64,000 bases of DNA from Phoronis australis (Eukaryota > Animalia > Phoronida). Below the pieces are notes generated by a model that did no database searches, was not told the DNA's origin, and saw nothing but the letters and a program-made list of their open reading frames with translations. The position numbers and the translations under genes are program-made. The stretch spans positions 510,964 to 574,963 of the forward strand of contig NMRA01000235.1 of NCBI GenBank assembly GCA_002633005.1, read 5' to 3'. This document shows, piece after piece, positions 1 to 12,172 of the stretch (positions are counted from its first letter, which is position 1; each line of letters opens with the position of its first letter).

Positions 1-126
1 ATCAGTGGAAGTAACTTGCTCTGAAATCAGAAACCAATATTTTTGACTGGGAAAAAATTTGAAAATGAATTGCTCTCAGTTAAAATTTTGACAAGAGTTG
101 CCGAGGGAAATAAGATACCCGCTCAG

Positions 127-280
127 CAGAAGCGGATTTACGGGGGGGGGGGTTCAGGGGTTTTAAACACCCCCGAGAGACAGGGTCAAATTTAAAAATA
201 AAGAACGAAATCAGCTACGCTGCGCGCCTCGTATTCCCGCGAACCCTAATCCCCTGACTGAAGACGTAGATCTGCCACTG
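127..280. mobile_element. Short hAT-type MITE (CAGTGGCGGATCTA family)
   Basis: Imperfect TIRs: CAGAAGCGGATTTACG at the left and CGTAGATCTGCCACTG at the right. The left part matches the element start at 19687 (CAGTGGCGGATCTACGGGGGAGTTCAGGGGGTTTAAA). No clear TSD. Confidence 0.55.
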
Positions 281-820
281 TTCAGTATACATGTAACATA
301 GCCGTGGACTCGAATAATGGGGCGCATTTTTACATGTAGCTGGGTTCTGTGAAAATTTCGAGGCTTTGAAAAGCTGTGTTCCAGAAAAAAAAAAACCTTT
401 TACCCAAAGTGAACGCTTTTCGAGAAAATTAGCTCACAAATGGCACCATTTCGGGCAGAAATTGTCGTGAAAATGTATCACTTATGAGTGTCGCGTCTTG
501 TGAATTTCGAGTATGGAGATACCCGTGTACCTGATGCGATGGGTTTCTTTTGTCCTGGCATCGATTGGACGTAATCATACTAATTGGCTATTGGAATTTA
601 AACAATTCGATATTCGACCATGGATTTTAAAACCTGACGATGTACATTTCGATGGCAACGATGCCGAGATCCGAGCTTTTACCATAGTAAAATGATACTG
701 TTAATCGCATTATGAGGTCAGTTTCAGAATATGACGATGGGTTTGTTTAAAAGGTAGCTATGCTTGAAGATTGTTCGTAGGTGGAGATAGAATGGTTAAA
801 TCTAGAATTAATTTATTAAA

Positions 821-1047
821 TGAAAACCACTAATTGAACAAGTGAAAACCACTAATTGAACAAGTGAAAACCACTAATTGAACAAATGAAAACCACTAAT
901 TGAACAAATGAAAACCACTAATTGAACAAATGAAAACCACTAATTGAACAAATGAAAACCACTAATTGAACAAATGAAAACCACTAATTGAACAAGTGAA
1001 AACCACTAATTGAACAAGTGAAAACCACTAATTGAACAAGTGAAAAC
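821..1047. repeat. 22-bp minisatellite, ~10.3 copies of TGAAAACCACTAATTGAACAA(G/A)
   Basis: Head-to-tail copies counted directly. The last base runs G,G,A,A,A,A,A,G,G,G. Confidence 0.97.
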
Positions 1048-1486
1048 TGTCGGGGCGCACATGCACATACACTCGTGCTTTGCCCATTCCCCGAGGCAAC
1101 GTCATGTCCCGCACCCCTATTGGTATCCTTGATCCGCAACTGCTACGCTAGAGACCTCTTTAAAGATTACTCAATCAATTAAAATAATCAAACGTCTTTT
1201 CTGCTATCCAAGCTGTAAGACTCTCCACTTGTTGAATGACAGTCCTGGTGGTGAATCTTCAAACTACACACAATGTATTGAGACATTGTACTTGCAACAC
1301 TTCCACGCAGTATATTTTACCCACGATTCCTCTCGCTGGTCACAGTCCCCTGTGACGTGACACTTGCAGGCAGTATCTTCTAAATACTATTCCTCTCGCT
1401 GGTCACAGACCCTAATGACGCACCACATACTCTATAGGCAGTATCTCACAACCCAGGATTCAAGTGATAAGCTTTTAGTTAACTTC

Positions 1487-4400
1487 TCAACTTGACAGTA
1501 AAAGGTGTTTCTGGCATCTAAAAAAAAACGGACACTCAAACAGAAAGTGTAGTTCAGTTTCGACCTGACCAGTGTGACAAAGACAGCAAATTCTGTCATC
1601 AAAATCTAAAGAACGAAAAACGCCCAACCTCAACCAATAGCTGTAGGGTTCCGGTCCTAATTTGAGCAAGAATTGACCTACTCGGCCGAGTTAAGTTTCA
1701 ATGCACGTAAGGCTCAACTTCAAAGACATTCTTCATCAAAACATAGGTTCTTAACTTTGGTTTCGAACGGCTTTCAAACAACCACCTATTACCGGCTAAA
1801 TCATGCAAAATATTATTACAGTGAGACAGATTAACTGAACGTAAGTTATGAAAACAATCCGAAATCCCTGATTCTTCAAAAATGCTCAAAACTTCAGAAG
1901 ACCAATTATTAGTACAAGTAGTGTAGTCCCACCAAAATATTCGGTGTGTTAGTCTATCATCCTCGAAAGCTCAATTTTCCGCCTAACACTGGGGAATTCC
2001 CACCCCATGTCACCCATAACAGCATGATTAGTAGCGAATTTGTGAACGCCCATGAAAAATCGCGCGGCTCTATTCTGAATGTCATCATAAACCTGTAGAC
2101 TAGAGCCGCCCCAGACACCTACACAATAATCTTTAACAGGTACAACACAAGCATTGAATAATGTAGTGAAAGTGCTGTACCTCATATTTTTATTCTTTTT
2201 AATTTTATTAATTAAAGCGCCCAAAGCTCTTTCGGTATATTTGGGTAGAGTTTTAGCAGTTTCAGAAAACTTCAAACGTTCATTTTAAATTATTCCTAAA
2301 TATTTATATTTGGGTACATATTCTAGGTCTAGTCGAGCCAACCGAAATGGATATAAACTACGAGAGACATGCTTGGATCTGAAGTGAATAAAATTAGTTT
2401 TTCTTGATTGACAATTAGCCTCCATTTAGAGCACCATTTATCAACTATATTCAATAAATCCTGTAACTTTTTTTCGCTCTCGGCAATTACCACTATATCA
2501 TCAGCATAAAACAAAGATGAAACATTATCAGCACCGATAGGAATTCCTAAATTTGACTGTTTTAATTCCTTTGCCAAATCATTTATAAATAGTGCAAACA
2601 GAGTAGGTGATAAAACATCTCCCTGTTTGACCCCACAAGATGCATAAAACCAGTCCGTAAAGGTATTATTAATTTTAACACAGTATTGAGTTTTGGCATA
2701 AAAATTTTTAACCGATTCATAAAATTTTCCAACTATCATAACATCCAACATTTTGAAAAGTAAATTATTTCTAAATACCCAGTCAAAAGCTTTTTGCATA
2801 CCAATAAAAGTAGAAAATGTGGATTGTTTGTAATTCAAGCGATTACATATAATCGAGGTCAAAACAAAGACGTGATCAACACATGCTCTGTCACGACGAA
2901 AGCCATAACACTGCTCATCAAAAAGGAGCCCGTTTTCCTCCGCCTAATCAACCAGTCTATTGTTCAATACTCTACTATAAAACTTGTACACGTTAGACAA
3001 CAACCTGATACCTCTATAACTCAGCGGGACGCGCGGGTCCTTCTCTGACCCCTTTGGAATAGGCATAATAACGGATTTAGCTTATAAACTAGGAGCCGTA
3101 CCGTAACGAAAAACCATTTCGAACAAATATGTCAAAAGGTCAATGGCGGTATCATTTTTCAATACTTCATAACAAATATGATCAATTCCTACTGCTTTAT
3201 TGTATTTAGATTTCATCACTACCCGCTTTACTTCATCGCGAGTAATATTTTTGTTCAAAATTCTATTTTCATCAAAGTCAAGATCATTAAACGACTCAAA
3301 ATGAGCTTTTTTGAGAAGCATATCAGCATAAAATCCCCGGTCAAAATTATTTACAGTTGGACAGTTGTGTAACGATTCATACTCGTTCTTCGATTGATTA
3401 AAAACATATTTGGTTATTGGTATTAGGGTTCCCAGTGTCATCGTATACCTCCATGGGTATTGTCTTTCTAAGAGAGGGGCCCAAGTTCTTAATGTACTTC
3501 CAAAATTCTGTTGGGTTATTGAAATTTAAAGATTGTATGAGGTCAGCTTGATCTCTCAAAAAAATTTCTTTCGATCCTCCTGTGGACTTTATCAAATAGA
3601 ACTTGGGATTTTGAAATTGGCGTCTCAGTCAAGAGCGTTCTTCTCGAGAGCCGCTGCATTTCAAGTTTTTCCTTTAAACTTACATCTTTCCAAAGCTCGG
3701 ACAATTCAGCACACCAATAAGGTTTGCTTGTTTTAAATTTCTTTTCACAAAATAATTTACTGTTCATCTCACCAAATATACACTTACAAAACCTACTGTA
3801 CACACAGTCAATGTTTTCTTGGGTTGCTCAGCAGACCAAAATAGAATTAACTAATTCTCGCATAGCAGCATTAAAATTTCAGAATTCATAAAGTCTATGG
3901 GAATTGACCGAACTTTATATCTCTTTGGAGAATCGATGCAAGTTTCATTTAATTTTGAAAGGTTGCCATTATCATGTACGGAAAAGTCAAGGGCAAGTAA
4001 AGAATGATCTGGCATATGGCAGACGCCAGAACTTTCACTCAGAAGATCAAATTTGTCTACCAATGCTACGGGTATATAAATTTCAAATTTCAGACAATTA
4101 GATAAATTTTCGTGTTGCGTAAGGATGTAAACAACAACAGAAGAACCCCTTCCAGATAATTATGTATACTTATCTTGTTCGTGACATACAGGTATACGCC
4201 CATTGCGAACACAAAACTTTGAGTCAATACAAAATTCAATGAAGGAATCCCCATGCCTATTTTTAGAACCATCTAAAGACTGTCTGCTAGGGATTACATC
4301 GACATCCTGTACATAATCTTTCAAGTCTATTATACGGGCATTAAAGTCTCCACATAAATATACAGAATTAACATCATCGAGGGAATACAAATGGCATAAC

Positions 4401-4800
4401 AAATGAGCATAAAAAGTCCAGAGGTCACATCCCCAAGGGGAATTTTCTGGAGGTAAATAACAGAAAAATATAACAAACTTATAATCAGAAATCACATTAC
4501 TAAACTGCAGTACAATTATGCCATCATGAGATTTATCAACAACCTTGACAGTATATTTCTGTAACAAAGTTGACTTAACTAATACTCCAATCCCCACAGA
4601 TGGTCTAATAGCACGCCTATATATAGTATTTCAGTTATGGCCGTACCAAACAAACCCATCTACAAAAATACCAGCAGTTTTAGCCAAGTGGGTTTCAACG
4701 ATATAGAAAATGTCTGCTTCGGACTCACAAATTACTTTCTATTTCAGACTTTTGTTATTGGATGTCCAACCATTTACATTCCAGGAACAGAGTCTTAGCT
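1487..4800 (-). pseudogene. LINE ORF2 (endonuclease-reverse transcriptase), disrupted
   Basis: Fragment ORFs 4160-4597, 3082-3441, 2329-2862, 1949-2275, 1698-1889 and 1487-1669 carry APE and RT motifs in the expected order. Confidence 0.9.
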
Positions 4801-4954
4801 TCCTTGTAATTCTGGCCGACTCTCTTTCCTATGTAATTCTTTCATTATTCAGGATATTTTCTGCTGTTTTTCTCACCAACCGACCACTGCCAGTGAATCT
4901 GTAATCATTCCCGTCGGGAATCATTGTTAGTGGCTGTTTGCAGTTTAATTCAAG

Positions 4955-5494
4955 CTACCTCTCAGTGTGGAATTTTGAAGCACAAATATATACCCTGCTA
5001 TATAAAACAGAATCTTTGAGCTTTCCTTTCTTGCGAAGAATCGCAATTTCCTCTTTTTGTGTGTCTAGTTCAGCTTTAATCAGACCTGGGTCACCGGTGA
5101 CTCCACTCGGCAATCGTTTAGCCCGTATTAAGTTCACAGGATGACCAATCTTGGCTATAATGTCTTTGACCAAACCATCAACGCTTTCGTTATTATTGTA
5201 AGGCACGTTAAATATCACAACTGTCTTGACTTCATCATATTCAACAGTCTTCTTACCGTTACACTCAAGAACCTCAATCCTACCTCTCAGCTGGTTGATC
5301 TCCATTGTTAGATCATCTTTGACAGCATTGAGATGACCAAGCAGGAGTATATTCGAGTCTTCAATAGCTTGACCCAACTTGCGGTTGTTTTCATCCACAT
5401 GTACTTTGCTCCTGAGATTTGTAATGGCCGCCATAACTTTGTCCAAAGACACCTCGTCATCTGACACCGACACTGAAGAGCTCTTGTGTGGCAT
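4955..5494 (-). pseudogene. LINE ORF1 (coiled-coil plus RRM-like), probably frameshifted at its 3' end
   Basis: 179-aa ORF with a heptad-like region followed by TVVIFNVPY...GLIKAEL...ILRKKGKLK...VYI, directly upstream of ORF2. Confidence 0.7.
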
Positions 5495-6456
5495 TCCACA
5501 CGTTTTACAGCACAGACAGAATCACACGAGAATAAACAAGAGAGTTGAATCAAAAACTGTCTTATAAAGCACTTGTGCAATGAGGTAGAGATGACAATAA
5601 CACAGAATTCCGATGGTCGACCTCTCAGCTTTGCAAATGCGCACTACGTGTCCTGATAGGCAAACCCTGTCAGAACTGTTTTGTGCCTCCTAACCTTTGC
5701 CTTTGCCAAGATCCACTTTAGAATCTTCCACAAGGTGACCTTGTTGTACAACTCCCTCTGTGCACTGTAGCAAGCCTTTCAGATTCAATTACTATAGCTC
5801 ACCTGAATATCCTTTTATTTTCAGCCCAAGTTATACTAATCTACTTATTTAGCGATTGGCTAATGACAACTACATGGTCTAATTTGATATGTATTTGGCT
5901 GTTACGATTTGCTCTCATATACATGTATGTCTAGAATCTCTCGAGTGCTTTGACCCGGAACCGAAATTGTAAACACCATATAAAAATAGATTTTGATGTT
6001 AAAATACATGTCGAAAAGTGTGACCTCGTGTTTAATAAAAGTACATATGCACAAACATTGAGCATCTTCAAATGGATCTATCTGTGCTAATTACTTATTT
6101 AATCAATATTTATTCTGAGTCACCTACTGCATACGACAATATGTGTGAAGCTAATTCTGATTCATAATTCTACGTATAGCTTTAGACCGAGTTGTAGGTG
6201 ATATATATTTCAACAGCAACAGTGCTACGAGCCGAGATTTTATCATTGTAAAATTATCTTGTAAATTAAATAATGAGACAACAGCCTGGACACGATCATA
6301 TTTGTGAAGGTTTTTCTTATTCTCGTTAAACGTCAAGCTTCAAACCGGGTTGTAGTCACATGTAAGCACGTTGTATTGTTACAGGCATCTGGAATTATCC
6401 ATTGGTGGTTGTTCACTATAAAGCCATGGGTAGAACACACGATTACATAAATTGAG

Positions 6457-7049
6457 GATGGGCGTGCAAACCAGGGCCCAGTTGCATAACATGTATACAT
6501 GTACGCGTATAAAAATAATGACGTCGCATTATCACACGTCTACTTGTTACTGTTCAACAATTCACTTGACGTCATGCAAATATCAAACTTATCCAGAGGA
6601 TAGTTTTGAAGTTTTTATGCAACTCAGCCCTAGACTGTTTGTTTAGGAGGAAGCAATTGAAAACAAAATAGGCTGTTTTGTCTTGGATACCTCTGTTATG
6701 TATCGTCAAATGTTTTCCTCGAGATTCCACCACGTTTGCGAAGGTACACTTTGAGACGCGTTACCACTTTCACCAACTAATCGGATGCATCTTGCTCACT
6801 ATTTAGAAAATGTCATACCCAATCTTGATTGGAAGGTTTGGGCAGAGATAGTTGCAAAATTTGCACGACTTATGCTGAATCAAATATTTGTCATTGTCAT
6901 AACCCTTGGGCGGCGCAGCACAGAAAGAAGTGGGACCTATAGCCCCCAACCCCCCTGTGGTTCACCGCATAAACCATTGGCCGCGCAGCACGGAAAAAAA
7001 CCGGAGGGTGGGCTATAGCCCCCCAGCCTCCTACAGTGCACGGCCCATG
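6457..7049. mobile_element. Possible hAT-like non-autonomous element
   Basis: Imperfect TIR ATGGGCGTGCA / TGCACGGCCCATG. The GCTATAGCCCCC subterminal motif recurs near 14470. No TSD seen. Confidence 0.35.
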
Positions 7050-8135
7050 TAAAACCAGGAACTCCAGCCATATTGGAATCATGGAAAAACAATTAGTTAC
7101 CTAGTGTAGCACCGGTCGACTATGGGACAAGTTTGGCAGTGTTCAGTCTTGCACCCTCTGATTTCAGCGAGTGTGTACAACATTGTTTTTTGTTCTAGTA
7201 ACAAGACGTCACTATATCTACAGCCATGGTTGCGTTGATCCACTCGTTCGCCACATGGTGGATACTGAGCGTAACTGCCCTTCAACAGTCACAGACAGGC
7301 AAGTGCTCAACAAGTCTTGACAAACCAAATGTTATTACGATTGTGTATTTCCAAGTAAATTTATCTGATTAAGGCAAACATGATGTTGGTTTAGATGTCT
7401 GTTGATTAAAACCATCAGCAGACTGTTTGCAGTTGAATGAAAACATAAACGTATATCTGTTTTACATTGGTTTGCACTATTTTAAACAAACATCCAATTC
7501 ACCGAAAGTACAATTTTTTGAGTATACCCGGATGTTGTCATCCAGCCACTTAACATGACTTAAACGTTTTCAATGCCTTGCATTATGATTGTGTTGCGTG
7601 TGGATGGAAGTGGCGTCTATAAACAAAACGTCTAATCAATGTTTTCAAAACTTTGCAGCCGAAAGTGTCGAATTCAAAAATACGTGTGGACGAAAATCAT
7701 GAAGATAAATTTGGGGTTTGAAAATTTTGCATGTGAAGGTGTTTGTCATAAATATTTACGAATAAGTATCAGAATAAGTGCAAAAGAATCGAAAACACAA
7801 ATTGATTGATCGAAGAAGTTCACATAACTTTTTACGACGCAGGCGTCATTTTTATGAAGGGCTGTTTTCATTTGGAAAACAAATTTCTGACCTGAAGGCA
7901 TTGGAGGAACGATAAATAGTTTCAAAGTGAATTATTTTGGTGGCGGTATGAAACAGGTGAAAGTGGTGAAAGTGCCTTCTCTAAAATGCAAATTCGAGAT
8001 TTAAGAAAGATGCTGTCCAGAAAAATAAAGACGAGTGCTGTAGCTATCAAAAACCAATTACTGTATGCTACGGACGATAAAAACACATCCAACTGTTTTT
8101 TTTTGAAACCAGTATTACTTATCTGCAGCAAACAG

Positions 8136-8154
8136 ATGCTTGTGTACCTGTCAG
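8136..8154 (+). CDS. Putative upstream (signal-peptide-end) exon of the WSC/kringle gene; 5' boundary uncertain
   Basis: ATG CTT GTG TAC CTG TCA G|GTACGT gives a phase-1 donor compatible with the 8576 acceptor (MLVYLS-VYGDAVV). The upstream frame is open and partly hydrophobic (FFLKPVLLIC). Confidence 0.4.
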
Positions 8155-8575
8155 GTACGTGTGTTTACAGAATTATGTTTTTAAGCACATCTTTTCCTAC
8201 ATGTAATAGGTGTATTTTTATTTTGAGAGGGATCCATCCATCCCGTAGAGTCACATAATTAGCTACCCGATAATTTGGTCCCACGCCAGTGACAGGGACT
8301 CGGCACCTTCCATGCCCATGTTATAGTGTAGGAGTCGGGTTCGCCGGGTGAGCTCGTCCCCCCAAACGATGGTGAGAAGCTTGAAGTACATTTGCATATG
8401 TAAGCAAGAACTTAAACATATCCGACGCGATAATAGGCTCCTTTCATCTAGGAGCGACAATGCTATGCAGCAAATGCCGTACCTTGCAACGTACAGTGTA
8501 CATAAAACTCTATGAAAGGTGTAAGGTGTAAAATTTCATAACTGATTAATCAACGCTAATATTTTGTCATTACAG

Positions 8576-8715
8576 TCTATGGAGATGCAGTGGTTATACC
8601 AACGAAGATTCCCGGATGTTACTCGGATGGCGAAGTGCGTGTACTTAAGTTCGCATACGAGAGTAATGACAACCACCACTCCATGTGTAGAATGAAATGT
8701 GGCGAAAGACAGAAG
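8576..8715 (+). CDS. WSC domain 1, first half (exon)
   Basis: Acceptor TTTTGTCATTACAG; translation ...IPGCYSDGEVRVL...MCRMKCGERQK; donor AAG|GTAAAG in phase 0. Confidence 0.88.
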
Positions 8716-9092
8716 GTAAAGTCACACAACTGGCGCTTCTTGTTGTCAGCAATTAGATTGAGACGCAAGGTTTGTGAGATGGTGTATTAGGGCAACACCG
8801 ATAGTTGTTTACACTACATTATTTGAAATAACGTGTCTCGTAATGACAAAGAGAGGTAACCGCTGTTCACATTGTAAATGGTGGCCAAAGTAATGATTGC
8901 TTTGACTATGCGGCGACACATCAGCTGAAATGCAGAGGTGAGATGGCACCAAGTTTCAACATTGCGAACGTGGTTAGAATGATGGATCACACCGTGTATG
9001 AGTCATAACTGGTGACTATGTGTCCAATTACACGTTGATAGGGATCTTTCGTAACTTGCGATGTTCAAAGCAGCCTGATGTGTGACATCATG

Positions 9093-9128
9093 CAGCAGCA
9101 GCGGCGGCGGCGGCGGAAGCAGCAGCAA
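9093..9128. repeat. (CAG)/(CGG) trinucleotide microsatellite
   Basis: GCAGCAGCAGCGGCGGCGGCGGAAGCAGCAGC-type run, read directly. Confidence 0.8.
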
Positions 9129-9253
9129 AAATTAGCTACGGTAATTTTATTACAACAAAAACAGCAGTTACACGACCACGATAAGTATTTTGATTTCATT
9201 TTATGCTACTTACTCTTAAACACTACACTGTTACTCCCTTATGCTGTCTTTAA

Positions 9254-11788
9254 AGTCCAGGTCTCACACGTTGTTAACCCTTATTACATGAATAGAGGAT
9301 ATTATAAGGGTCCAAGAAGTACTTACCCTATAACTAATACACGATTCGTACTGGAAAAAAGTTTAAATGAACGCGCCACTCACGATTGGCACCCGAAGAA
9401 CCACCGCCATTTGGAACTTACCGCGAACCCGGAAGTACAATTCATTCAGAACCCAGGCTAAGAAAACGCAGTTTGTGCAAATGGAGCAGTGCCTGTTACC
9501 AGCCTGCAAACTGGGATAAAATAATCGAGACCACGCCTTAACTTTAATAATCAAAATGCGGAGAATTTTATCGAATTTGCTGTGGAAATGCGGCAAATAA
9601 GTTTTGACAGAAATTATTTTGCCGGACTCTGGACCGCAGCCTATCAGACCTGTTATGGACCGAGACCAGACACTGGCGAACGATAAAGGCATGCGGGTGC
9701 AAGCTGTTTTGTCTAAGTAAAATGTTCAAATATAAATGCCTTATACATTCAAAGGTAGTTTCAGACACTTGCGTAAAATTACGGCTTCTGAGTCCTGTGT
9801 CATACTGCCGCGTCAGCCCTTAGCTAGCCTCAGTGCCAGCAACCAGTATGGAGACTAACTACAACTTGTTAGTAAGCCTATACAGCTTTGCGCCAAGGCT
9901 ACCCTTAGGCCTACCTGGTCGCGGGCCACAGCGCTCGCTCAAACGAGGTTTATATAGAACTTGGGTACTTCTGGCGAACTGTACAAATTTCTTGGCTTTC
10001 AACAGAGATTTTCCCAAACTTTGTATGACCGAACCAATTAAGCATAAAAAATGGGGGGCTGGAATTTTTGTGAATGCCTATCTTTTACTATAAAATTCAC
10101 TGAGTATGTATAGAGCTACATATTGCCGCAAAATTTTGATACTTCCTCTTCTAGTGGAAATATTGTCTCGTTTTCTACTTTTTTAGAGTTCGTACTTCTC
10201 TGATTGAGGTATAACTTTTTACATTTCTCCTTACAGGGGGCTCGTTCTAGCACATAAATATGACAAGTCCAATACAAAATATTCTCATTTTTTATTCATT
10301 AAGCCAAAATGATTCAACATTTAACATAATAAGTAACTTAAAATGCACAATACTTTACAACATTTAGCATTACAAACACTATTCAACAGCAAAAGTTTTC
10401 ATGATATGAAAGTGGACATACATGTAACTATTACCATGGTGACCGAATAGTGTTTCCTTACACCAGAATTTGACAAGCATGATTAAAATTATGAAGTTGC
10501 AAGGAATAAGAATTTGAGGTTTGAAGCTTCACAATCCAACTTATAGCTTATTTCTCAAATTATCATTATTCATATTGTTGACTTGATAACCTGAATTAAG
10601 AAGCAATATGTTACAAAACATGACTTGAAAGCAATTGAGACTTAAAATTTAGAAAAATATTAATAATTTTTGACACCTAATCAAGCCTTGAACAGCAGTT
10701 TATAGTCAAACAAAAAAACATTTCGAAATCATGTCTTCAAATTTTTTAGCTCAGTGTAAGATCACCTGAATGGGCAATTCACAGTAAAATAATTCAAATA
10801 TATCTTATATGTTTGCACAAAAAACACGAAAATTTAACAAAGTTCCTTTTTTGTAACAACGTTTGTCAAAATGTATCAACGTTAAATCTTCACAAACCTC
10901 AAAGTAGCAGGTTGAACATGCCTCTCAGTTCAGCAAAAGCCGCCATGTTGTCTGTGCCGCCAGAAATGAGACGAAGTCCAACGGCAGTTGTGAGCACATT
11001 TATCAGTTAAAGAGTAACAACTGAAATTTGGTGAACACTGTTGCATCGTGCAGAATAGCAAGTAAAGATATGTCTCACTAAATTTCACCATAAATTGTTG
11101 TCGAAAACAATTTACACAAATTTTTAAACTCGTAACTTATCCCGCTGTCCTCAAATATGGCCGACGCGATCCAAACAAAGTGACCCAAATTTATCACAAA
11201 AATTTCAATATCTTCATACTGCTTGCCTCAATTTTGATACTTTTTCGATTTTTACTGAGTAGAATGCACTACCTTTCCGACGATGGCAATTTACTTTTTC
11301 AAAACGAGAAAAAAAATCAAAACAAAAAAATTGGTTCGACTCATATTGGTTCCTAGGGTCAATCGCCCTATGTAAGATCTAAACACCAATGCTATTTTAA
11401 CATAATAAGTACGCATAACATCAAAAAAAAAATACAGCGACCACTAAAGACAAACTATAAATACACTACACACGCGAACAAATCACGAGATATTACTAAT
11501 AAAACAAAATAATGAAGACTTTTCGAGCAAGCGATAGCACATTCAGTTACAAGGAAAAAATGGCGGCGTTCAGGTCAAGTTCCTGAACTGATGAGCCGAA
11601 AATTTGGGTACGGAAATAACCGATGACAGCCGGTAATTATCGGCTCACAGAGAAAGGTCAAATACTGTTAAAAATAGCTTTTGGCAAGAAAGGCGAAAAG
11701 AATAAAAGGAAAGGGTGTCGAAAATAAAATTTTATTTAGTAAGTATTTACGGATACTTGACCCACATTGACATTTTGAGACCAGGACT
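9254..11788. mobile_element. Kolobok-type non-autonomous DNA transposon (family A, copy 1)
   Basis: TTAA on both sides (9250-9253, 11789-11792). TIR AGTCCAGGTCTCA vs AGTCCTGGTCTCA (12/13). RR...YY termini with TTAA TSD are the Kolobok signature. Homologous copy at 53212-55610. Confidence 0.82.
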
Positions 11789-12006
11789 TTAACTTGAGTT
11801 TCAGAAAATAGATATTGAGATCTTTTTAATCTTTTTGACAAGAAAAAAGAGTGTCTGCAACCATGGATTCGGCAAACGGTCCTAATCTAGGAATATTTTA
11901 CACTTGATATACACGCACTAATGGAAGTCATGCTTATTGTTGGTAAATAGCAGCTGCGACCCTCTTCTCTACACGTAAGTTATGAATCAAATGAATTTTC
12001 CTACAG

Positions 12007-12172
12007 AAATACGCAGCTGTGCAGTACGGAAAACAGTGTTTCTGCGGCAACATCTTCACCGTTGGTAGCTCCCTTCAGTCAGATTCGAAATGTGACATGA
12101 AGTGCCCTGGTGCATCAGAACAAAACTGTGGCGGTAAATGGTTTAACTGGGTCATGCATTCGATCTTACCAG
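12007..12172 (+). CDS. WSC domain 1, second half (exon)
   Basis: Acceptor TTTTCCTACAG in phase 0; KYAAVQYGKQCFCGN...CDMKCPGASEQNCGGKWFNWV; donor G|GTAAGG in phase 1. Confidence 0.92.

Larger units (their letters stand above)
805..5600 (-). mobile_element. Near full-length decayed non-LTR retrotransposon (APE-type LINE, clade unresolved: RTE-X/Proto2/CR1 group)
   Basis: Colinear minus-strand pieces: ORF1-like coiled-coil protein (4955-5494), AP endonuclease (LCSWNVNG near 4790, YLPP, CGDFNAR), RT (KAFD, GVKQGDVLSPTLF, FYADD), thumb region, and C-terminal RICCLC...ETELHFLFECP. Many stops and frameshifts. Ends are approximate. Confidence 0.9.

Noticed and set aside
821-1047. CRISPR-like array
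   Set aside because: Repeats are contiguous with no spacers, no cas genes are present, and the context is eukaryotic.
9078-9461. 127-aa polyQ/polyR ORF
   Set aside because: Built from a microsatellite plus a transposon end inside an intron; no domain signal.
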